The translations under genes were made by a program, and so were the position numbers. From the NCBI GenBank assembly GCA_025558095.1, contig JAIVFI010000036.1, positions 434,001 through 498,000 of the forward strand: a DNA stretch of 64,000 nt. The letters run 5' to 3'. Below the pieces are notes generated by a model. The model was not told where the DNA came from, searched no databases, and was given only the letters and a program-made list of their open reading frames with translations. Origin of the DNA: Hyaloraphidium curvatum SAG 235-1. Lineage: Eukaryota > Fungi > Monoblepharomycota. Positions 55,788 through 64,000 of the stretch are shown one piece after another. Every line of letters begins with the position of its first letter. The first letter of the stretch is position 1.

Positions 55788-57080
55788 TTAATCGAGCGGG
55801 CCAGGCGCTGGCAGATCGTCGTCCTCGTCGTCCCCGTCGTCGGCCAGGTCCGCATCCACGCTCTTGGCCAGCTCGTACAGCCCCAGAGCCGCCGCCGACG
55901 GGAGCACCGCCCTCCCCACCTGCCCCAACATCCCCTTGAAAAAGAACCGCATCCCTTTTTCCCTCACGGCCTTGAGCACCGACCTCGCGTGCGCCCTCCT
56001 GCCGTTGGCCCCGTTGGCCCCGTTTACGCGGCGGTTCCCGTTCCTGTGCCCGCCGCCGGTACCCTCCATCTCGCCCGTCACGGGGTCCCACACGATCCGG
56101 TCCCCGCGAGCGTCCAGGTAGGCGGTGCGGACACGATCCAGGGGCGCCGTGGCGAGCTGGAACGCGGCACCGGCGAGGGAGCCGGCGAGGAGCACGTCCG
56201 CGGCCTTTGTGCGCCAGCCCGGGGGGGCGGCTTGGCCGTCTTCGGAAGACGGGGGATGGAAAAAAAACCGCGAGACGGGATGCAGCCGTTTCAGGTGGGT
56301 GTAACACCCGAAAAACAGCGAGAAGCCCAGGGCGTCCTTGGCGCCGGCGAAGGAGAGCCCGGTGTAGGCCCAGCGGACCTTGCGCCACGTCCTTGGCCCG
56401 CTGTACTCGCGCGATGCCTCCTTGATCCTGATTCGCAGGGTTTTGGCGTCCACAAAAGGGGGCTGCAGGACACGGTAGAGGTTCTCGAGAGGGGTAGAAA
56501 CCAGCGCCTGCGAGGCCCCGCCAATGGCGCCGGCAACAAAGGGCACGGCAGCAGTGCCGAGGGCTGGACCGAGGAGCGAGGTGGAGACCTGGTAGGTCTG
56601 GAAAAGCAGCAGTCCCGAAAGAGAGTTGAACAGGACGAGGGGGAACACCAGCGACGCCGGGTGCGAGGGCTGCGGAGGATGCTCCTTGGCATTGGCCTCC
56701 CCGTTCTTCTTCCCATGGGGCCTCCCAATGCGAGCGCGCGACTTGACGCGCTCCCAGACGATCTGTCCCGCCGTCACCGGTGCGCGGGTGGGCCGGAAGA
56801 GTCGAACAGGGCTCTTGAAGTAGCCCTTTAGCAACGATTTCAGGCCCGTAGCCAAGACCAGCGAGGGCGAGGCGAATGCCTTGCCGAGGGCGGCGGCAAA
56901 GGGGGGGAAAGTCGATGGCGCGGGTTCCGGTGTGTCCGAAGTTGGTGGGGGCGCGGTCCGTGGCGGCGCGCCGGCGGGCTGCCGCGAGGGCGACACGGTG
57001 GCCGGTCGGTCCCGAGTACGTTCATCGGATTGCTGCGACGTGCCCGACTTCGTGTCGCCAGGGCCCGGGTCGGCGGCCAT
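55788..57080 (-). CDS. Mitochondrial carrier (SLC25)-like protein, fungal divergent type
   Basis: AGAIGGASQALVSTPLE, AGSLAGAAFQLATAPLD, FFFKGM..RAVLPSAAALGLYE. Confidence 0.78.
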   Translation of the reverse strand: MAADPGPGDTKSGTSQQSDERTRDRPATVSPSRQPAGAPPRTAPPPTSDTPEPAPSTFPPFAAALGKAFASPSLVLATGLKSLLKGYFKSPVRLFRPTRAPVTAGQIVWERVKSRARIGRPHGKKNGEANAKEHPPQPSHPASLVFPLVLFNSLSGLLLFQTYQVSTSLLGPALGTAAVPFVAGAIGGASQALVSTPLENLYRVLQPPFVDAKTLRIRIKEASREYSGPRTWRKVRWAYTGLSFAGAKDALGFSLFFGCYTHLKRLHPVSRFFFHPPSSEDGQAAPPGWRTKAADVLLAGSLAGAAFQLATAPLDRVRTAYLDARGDRIVWDPVTGEMEGTGGGHRNGNRRVNGANGANGRRAHARSVLKAVREKGMRFFFKGMLGQVGRAVLPSAAALGLYELAKSVDADLADDGDDEDDDLPAPGPLD

Positions 57081-57252
57081 CGGGTGGAAGACGCGCGTCG
57101 GCTGATGTCAACAAAGGACGCGCAAGCGTCGTCCTTCCTCAAGTCTCGAGATGCTCTTCGCGGGGCTCCTCTTCAGAGCCTTCGGATGGCGTTCTAAGCC
57201 CGCGAACACTCCCGTACCGACCCTCTATGCCCGCTCCCTGGCCCCGCCGGCG

Positions 57253-58344
57253 ATGCCGTCCGCGATCCAGCGTGACGCGTGTCCCCTCCTTATTCCCGAA
57301 CTGGCTGTCGACGTTGCTTCTTTCCTCAGACCATGCTCTCGGGACATGCTGAACCTCATGCTCTCGTGTCGGGACGCGTTTGAGGTGCTCCTGCCGCAGA
57401 TGTACGCGTCCTTCACCCTCACGGACATTGGCGAAGGAACGGAGGAGACGGTCGACGCGTTGGAGCGCAGGGGCGTCTTTCGTTTCGTGAAACAGCTCGA
57501 TACTCGCCAGCCCGACGAGGAGGAGGAGTGCTTCTTCGCGGACGACTTGGCCCGACGCGTGCTGAGCCTGTGCCCGAACCTCGAGGGCCTGGCGATCCAG
57601 ATCCGGAGCGTAATGGACGTCGAAGCACTCAGTAGTCACAGCCTCGACAAGCTCAAGAGGCTCTCTCTCAAGTATGTCGCCGAGGACTTTGACGAAATGC
57701 TCCGCGCATCCCCACCGCGGCTCAAGCGGCTGGAGTGACTTCGATTGCTGGACGTCGAGTGTCCCCTCGATCACGAGCTCTTTGCCGCGCTCGACGTCGC
57801 GTGCCCGGACGGCGTGGTCATGAGCATGGAAACCTTCTTCACCGTCAACGACGACCTGCGCGCGTTGCCCGATCGGCTGCTCCGGATGGTGGATACCTGG
57901 ACGGTGCCGCCCGAGCAGGAATGGAAGCTCTCCTGCATGGCGGAGAATCCCGGTTTCCGGCCCCGCGCGACCAACCTCCATGAAGTAAGCTACAACCGTT
58001 TTCCCGTCGACGCCTGGTCCAGCATCTGCCCACTGGACTCCCTCGCCGAGGCGTACATCCCAAACCTCACCACGGGGATGGCGGGAGACGCTAATCCGAA
58101 CCTGCAGAGGCTGGAGATCGGAATCCTTTTCTTCGGGGGACACCCCGCGGAGCAGACGAGGGCCCTCCTGGACCGTTATCCGCCCCTGGAGGTCGTTGTT
58201 CGCGCCGTGGACATCATACCGAGGGGTGAAAGCACTGAGGTGGCGCGTGCGGTGATCGCCGAGTTTGAGATGTGGGAGGCGCACGGTGTGCTCGAGGGCG
58301 TGGCCGTCGTGGGGTTGGAGGAGATGCGGGACCTGGCGGCTTGA
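57253..58344 (+). pseudogene. F-box/LRR-like gene with a single in-frame TGA (57736-57738)
   Basis: LIPELAVDVASFL..LNLMLSCR, LCPNLEGL. ORFs 57151-57738 and 57745-58344 are in the same frame (LKRLE*LRLLDVE). Confidence 0.6.
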
Positions 58345-59009
58345 TGAGGCGGCAAAGTGCAAAGTTAGCAGTTGCGCCAAAGAGCTCTTGACCGTGACTG
58401 CCTGGCCATTGGTCCTCGGCGTGTCCGGGCGTCGGCCAGCACCATGCCTGGTGGTGGAATAGAACTGTAGCGAGGGGCTAGAATTCTGCCTTGGCGCTTG
58501 ATCCCACAACTTCACACATTGAACTGGAGTTCGAGTGCGACCACTGACACGCTCGGAAAACGGGAGCGGACGAGTGAAGGTGGCCGGTTCAGGATTGATG
58601 GGCCTTCTCGTGCGGCCGGGGGCCGGTCTTAGGAGCCCTGCGGCCTGCTAAACATCATCCGAGCCATCAGTTCGACTCGCCACTTCCACCTAAACCGGGC
58701 TTCCTTTCAGGAGAATGGCCGACCGATCACAAAAGGGTTTCAAAGGGTTTTCGAACAAGACCAGCCAGGGCGGAGATGTTCGTCATCTGGTTTTCCGGCA
58801 GGACCAGGCCTGCCACCGGCTTCGAGTCTCACTTCAAGACACCATGACGACAAGCTGTGAGGCGCGACCCTGCCCCCGGCTTCCCGGGAGGCCAGGGGCG
58901 ATTACTGGGTCCCCTTGTCACTGGCTGTCGATGTCCAGCCAATCTCCCTGGCAGCTGCGCCCCTTGGCGCAAAAAGGTCCGCCCCGCTCTAGCTCGTCCG
59001 CCCGCCGCA

Positions 59010-61807
59010 ATGCCGCGCTCCCGTGCCGCGCCGCGTGTGGCGCTCGTCGCGCTCCTCGCCGCGCTGCTGCTCGCGCTCGCCGCGCTCGCGTCCGCCGCGG
59101 AGGTCGGCCCAAACATGAACAACCGGCGGAGAACCACCACGCGCCGCCGCGCGACGACCACGCGCCCGGGCGCCTACCGGGTGGGGCCGCCGCGGGCCGC
59201 CGCCGCGCCGCGCTGACCGCCCCGCCGCCCGGCAGACCGTGAGCGTCAAGCTGCGCCTCTTCGACGACCGGAACGGGAACGGCCGATTCGACGCCGGCGA
59301 CGTCGGCTACGCGAACCGCAACATCGTCATTATCCGGCCGCAGCCAAAGAACGTGCGCTATGTCCGCGCCACCCTCCGCACCGACGCCGCCGGCTGGGCC
59401 CGCGGCAGGATGGTCATCATGCCCAATGGTGGCTTCATCGTGGCCCGCAAGGAGGTGCCCAACGTCAACATCGCCACATTCAACTGGCCCAACGGCGCCC
59501 TGTCGCCCACCCTGGTCGTGCCGCTCCTGGTGGGTTGCCAGACGCGCGGCCGAGCCCCAACCATTCACGCCCTGATCCCGTTCCTTTCAGGCTCCCCGAC
59601 CGGCCGGCACCCCTGTCCGCTTCGAGATTGGCAACAACGGACTGAGCTGCGGCCCGAGCGGCTGCACGATGACGGAAAGCGGCGGAGGTGGACTTTCTCC
59701 TCCGATCCCTGCCATCGAACCCCGTTCACTAACAATGAGAACGCCACAGAATCCTTCCAACCCCTGTGCCCGCCCGGCGTGTCGGCCCCCTGCACCGCCG
59801 TGTACCTCAAGGACTCTTCCGGCCTCTGTCTGGGCGTCCGCAGCGGCACCCCCCGGACTTTCACCCTCGGCACCTGTCCCACCGCGCCACGCCGCCTGAT
59901 GGCGCGGCAGACGATCGACTTCCTCGCCACCCTCGGAGCCGGCGGCTCGCTGTGCTTCCCGGCTTCGGGCGTCTGCATGGGCGAGGAGGGCGACCCCGTT
60001 CCCCCGGCCCAGGCGCCGTCCTTCACCCAGGTTCCCGCCACCGCGACGACCCAGGCGACTACAGCCACCACCGCCGGGCAGGCAACCACCACGGTCTTTG
60101 CTCAGCCTCCGCCTACCACGACCCAGGCGCCTGCAGCCACCACCGCCGCGCAGGCAACCACCACAGTCTTTGTTCAGCCTCTGCCTACCACGACGGTCGC
60201 CCCTCTCGTCCCGACTACCACGGTGCCCCCTCTTCCGCCGACGAGCACGAGCACCGCGACCCCGAGCCCCGTGAGCTGCGCCCGGAGCACGGACTGCCCG
60301 GTCGGCACCTGCGTGGGAGGCACGCCCTACACCGACGTGTCTGCCCAAGCCGGTGTCGGAGTCGGATCGGTTTGCAACGGCATCGGGGAGGGCACCGGCG
60401 TCGGGTTCAGCTGCTCCATCCTCGTCTCCGGCACCACCGAGTGCGGCAACCAGTGCGCGGCGATCTGTGCCGCCGAGAACCTGAAATCCGGCAACCGGCT
60501 CAGCTACCCCAACTACGCCGCTCTCATGTTCAACAGCGGCAACAACGCAACCTTTTGCGGGTGCGCGCAGCAGTGCGGACCCGTATCCAATCTTCCCACG
60601 TACACCACGACGTTCCTCGAGATCAAGGGGATCTGCAACGCCAGCATCGAGCACCGCACGACCTCTACCCTCACCACGGCGACACGCACCACGCGAACCA
60701 CCGTGACCTCCACGAGCATGACCACGTCGACCCCCGGCTGCCTCGTCAATACCTACGCCGGCACCGGCACCGCCCAGAGCTCGGGCGACGGCGGCGACCG
60801 TCTCGATGCGAGCTTCTTCGCCCCCGCCGGCATCTGCCTGGATGCATCCGGCAACCTGTACGTGGTCGAGATGGGCGCGTACCGCGTGCGCCGGATAGAC
60901 AAGACCACGGGGATCGTGACGACGTTCGCCGGGAACGGCACGGATCCCAGCCTCATCGGGGTCCGGGATCTCGGTGACGGCGGGCCGGCCACGGAGGCGG
61001 CGCTCATGACTCCGAACTCGTGCACCTTCGACCCTGCCGGCAACATGTACATCACCGACACGACACAGGTCCGCAAGGTCGACACGAGCGGCATCATTTC
61101 CACCGTCTTCAACAAGGGGAACCAGGGCTTCAGTAACCCCGGCAGCGGCGACGGCGGGCCGGCCGTGGACGCTCGGATCGAGGACACACAGGGCGTCGCC
61201 GCCCTCCCCGACGGGACGGTCCTCATCGGCACCTACTCCGGCGGCACCATCCGCAGCATCTCGTCGGGCGGCATCGCCGGCACCGTTGCCAACAACACCC
61301 CCGACGGCTTCTTTGCCCTGGCACCGCAGGGCACCGGGGTGCTGGTCTCGACCCTCTACACGGTGCGCAACTACGACCCGTCCAACTTCAACGCCTTCGA
61401 TCCCGTGGCGGGGACCGGGTCCTTCGGATCCGACGGCAACGGCGGGTCGGCCACATCGGCGTCCCTGGCGTTTCCCAGGGGCATCGCGCTGGATGCGGCG
61501 GGCAACATCTTCCTGGCGGACTCGGCCAACAACCAGGTAGGTCGCCCGCGGCGGGCCGTCGGCGGCGGGCTGACCGTGTCCAAAGATCCGCGTCATCTCC
61601 GCCGCCAACGGCAACATCTACGCCTTCGCGGGGATCGGCTCCGCGGAATCGACCGGCGACGGCGGGCCCCCGGACCTGGCGGGGACCAACAACCCGTACG
61701 GCGTGGCCTACGATGGCGCGACGGGGAGGATCTACTGGTCCGAGCAGGACGGAGCGAGGATCCGCTTCGCTTCCGGGCCCGAGTGCGGGCCGCCGCCTGC
61801 CTCTTAG
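59010..61807 (+). CDS. Secreted modular protein: SdrD-B-like domain, Thr/Pro stalk, Cys-rich domain, NHL-repeat beta-propeller (multi-exon)
   Basis: Signal peptide; LFDDRNGNGRFDAGD; repeated GDGGPA..L..P.GI.LD.AGN.Y..D. Last exon ends GPPPAS* at 61807. Confidence 0.8.
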
Positions 61808-62451
61808 GCCTTTCGGATCGAGCAAGGAGGAGGATGTCAACAGAGGAAGGAAGCTTCGTCTTGGCGTACCATGAGTATGGCTGTGGAACTATACAATGAA
61901 GCATTCAGAGCCGTGTTTCTTTCCGATATCGATTCCTGGAAGCGGTGGGCGCCCGGCATGCTGGCCAGGGCGACGGTGGTCGGGCCGTTCAAGGAGATCC
62001 ATAAGGCGGCGGGCACTGAACTCGGTATGGTCGTTTCAAGTCGGTGAGGAAGATTGCGAACGGGTTTTGGGTCAATTGGGGCGCGTTCGATGTGCGGAGA
62101 AGGTGTGACTCCGTGTGACTCGGAGGGTCCCGGCCCCGGGAGATATCCTCGTTTTGGCGAGCCGCCGTTTCCACGCACGATCGCGGGATCGTTGCGTCCT
62201 CTGCAAAAATCTGCTCCCTCTCCAAGCGGGGACAGATTGTTCGGAGAGCTGGACGCAGATTGGACGGCCGGGGCGCCTTGGTCCACATCGTTGCTGGAGG
62301 ACGCCGATAGGGCGCACTAGCAGTGAATCGGGGTATCGGAGCCATGTTCGAACTCGGGGCAACTGCCCCACAACCTTGCTTTACATGCCACTCCATTCGC
62401 ATGCGGTCCGACCAAGGGCCTATTGCGCGCGAAGTCAGGCGGCTGTCCTGC

Positions 62452-63123
62452 TCAAGTCGGCACCGCGACCGGCTCCCCGCGGCGTCCCGCCGCCCAGAAC
62501 GCCTTCAGGTCGGGGAGCTTCCCCGCGTTGTCTCCGCGCTCGAGCCAGCCGAACGCCGAGAGGCTCCCCGAGGATGCCCTCCGCGGCCGATCCGGCGGCT
62601 CGGGGCCTGCGGAGAGCGCGCTGGCGGATGCCCGCCTTGCCAGCTGCGCGGCAGCTTGCATCGCAGGAGGTGCTCCCGCGCCGCCATCGTCGTCCGAATC
62701 GTCCGAGTCGCCCTCGGGGAAGGAGGTCGCGAGCGCGGACCCCCGCTCGTAGTCATCCGGCGACCAGGTGGTCCCGAGCAGCACGGTGGCGTCGAACGCC
62801 ACCTTCTTCCGCTGCCCGAGGCGCATCTGGGTACGGCGCAGCGCCGAGCGCACCGGGGACGGGTCGGCCGGCCTCCCCAGGGTCACCTCGCAGAGGCACA
62901 AACAGAGGCAGTGCCAGCACGCGCCCTCGCCGCCGGCGCAGCACTCCGCCTCCGCCGGCGCAGCGGGGGGGAGGTAGAGGTCCATCGAGTCTCGGGCGGT
63001 CGAAGCGGAGAAGGCAGGAAGGTGGGGGTAGAGGGAGGAAGGGGCGGCGCTCGGGGAGGCGCCGAGGAGCGTGCGGTCCGACGGCGCCGGCGACGCGGCG
63101 CGGGGGCCCGGGGTGACGGCCAT
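62452..63123 (-). CDS. Member I: CC..CWHC, SILK-like + RVxF string and LPDLKxFW
   Basis: CCAGGEGACWHC; RSALRR..KKVAFDATVLLGTTWSPDDYER; KLPDLKAFW. Confidence 0.72.
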   Translation of the reverse strand: MAVTPGPRAASPAPSDRTLLGASPSAAPSSLYPHLPAFSASTARDSMDLYLPPAAPAEAECCAGGEGACWHCLCLCLCEVTLGRPADPSPVRSALRRTQMRLGQRKKVAFDATVLLGTTWSPDDYERGSALATSFPEGDSDDSDDDGGAGAPPAMQAAAQLARRASASALSAGPEPPDRPRRASSGSLSAFGWLERGDNAGKLPDLKAFWAAGRRGEPVAVPT

Positions 63124-63673
63124 CGCGGGAAGGCGGGGCGGGTGCTGCTGCAGTTGGTCCAGCGGTGCTCTGTGCGTTCAGGATGAAGTGTTGCGAGTGG
63201 TGGGCGTGCGCCCTTCGTGACGCGCCAGATCCTCACGCGCCCTGCGCCCCTGGCCGACCGACCCTCGAAAACCCCAAAGCGTCGGCGCCGTCGGAACAAC
63301 CCGCTCCACGCTCGCGCTCCCGATCGCTCGCCCCAGTCATTCCGCCGCATCCCACGGACCCCTCCGCGCCGTCGCCCCCCCCCCCCCCCCCCCCCCTCGC
63401 CGCGCGATCCGAGTGTCCCAATGTGACTCGCCGCACAGCCACGAGGCCCCTATGGCGAGGGCCCTGCCGCGTCATGGGCCGACCTCCGTCCGGCCGAAAA
63501 ATACGCAAGGCACTCCGGGGCACTTCTTTGGAGCGAGATATGTGGCAGGTGCTCCGTGCACCGTGTCGGAAAGGGCGCAGCACGCTGGACGCGCCCGCGG
63601 CCATTCCTGCCATGATGCGCCGCCGACAAACAAGCGGAGCACGGGATGTGTCACGGGACCGGGAATCAACGTA

Positions 63674-63711
63674 GAAGCCCAAACGTCCGTGGTGAAGCCC
63701 AAACGTCCGTG
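63674..63711. repeat. 18-bp direct repeat, two copies, 20-bp period
   Basis: gaagcccaaacgtccgtg occurs twice. Confidence 0.85.
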
Positions 63712-63806
63712 CATTCCTGGGCTACATGATGGCATGTCCGCGCCGACCCGGTATCTCCAACTGGCACGCCCCAATCAGGTCGTCCTCGACGCCGCGCGTC
63801 CCCTCA

Positions 63807-64000
63807 TCAAGTCAGCGCCTCCACCGACCTCTCCCTTCTCCCGGGTCCCCAGAAGGTCTTCAGGTCCGGCATCTTCCCCGCATCCCCGTCCTGCTCGAGC
63901 CAAAAGGCCGAAAGCGTGCCCGACGACGCCCTCCGCGGTGTGCACAGCGGGACCATCGTCGGGGAGCTGTAGGCCGGGGCCACCGGCCGGTGCGAGGGCG
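63807..64000 (-). CDS. Member J (3' end only; not in the ORF track), tandem paralog of member I
   Basis: Manual translation PRRASSGTLSAFWLEQDGDAGKMPDLKTFWGPGRRERSVEALT* vs member I PRRASSGSLSAFGWLERGDNAGKLPDLKAFWAAGRRGEPVAVPT*. Confidence 0.75.
   Translation of the reverse strand, partial: PSHRPVAPAYSSPTMVPLCTPRRASSGTLSAFWLEQDGDAGKMPDLKTFWGPGRRERSVEALT

Noticed and set aside
57736-57738. Selenocysteine codon
   Set aside because: The position is a variable site in an LRR-like repeat rather than a redox motif, and I could not identify a SECIS.
63375-63396. Poly-C tract
   Set aside because: Simple homopolymer of uncertain length with no evidence of function.
1-64000. tRNA, rRNA or transposase genes
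   Set aside because: None recognisable by eye; tRNAscan-SE, Infernal and RepeatModeler runs would be needed to exclude them.

Overview
GC-rich eukaryotic DNA, not prokaryotic. Many genes are split by short (~50-70 nt) GT..CTGAC/CTAAC..AG spliceosomal introns, and the Sec7, F-box, MYND and mitochondrial-carrier genes are eukaryotic. The style suggests an early-diverging fungus such as a Monoblepharidomycete (inference only). About 35 genes or gene fragments are present: a GBF1/Gea-type Arf-GEF, F-box-like proteins, two MDR oxidoreductases, fRMsr, PhyH, an enoyl-CoA isomerase, a mitochondrial carrier, several Thr-rich secreted modular proteins and many bacterial-looking enzymes. The main signal is a dispersed family of about 10 apparently intronless, low-complexity genes. 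They share in mix-and-match fashion (i) a C-x-H...C-[WFY]-x-C motif, (ii) a SILK-like + RVxF + PhiPhi + T[WY]xxx[DE]YxR string matching the neurabin/Phactr/Bni4-type PP1-docking string, and (iii) a LPDL[KR]xFW tail. This looks like a lineage-specific expansion of candidate PP1 regulatory subunits. Other highlights are an intron-containing adenylate cyclase-hemerythrin fusion, a secreted ADP-ribosyltransferase-like protein, a GT1-CAAX protease fusion, a four-P-domain secreted protein, a ~155-bp-period array of inverted-repeat units, and several pseudogene-like loci. Intron-containing genes are given as whole spans; exon boundaries were read by eye.
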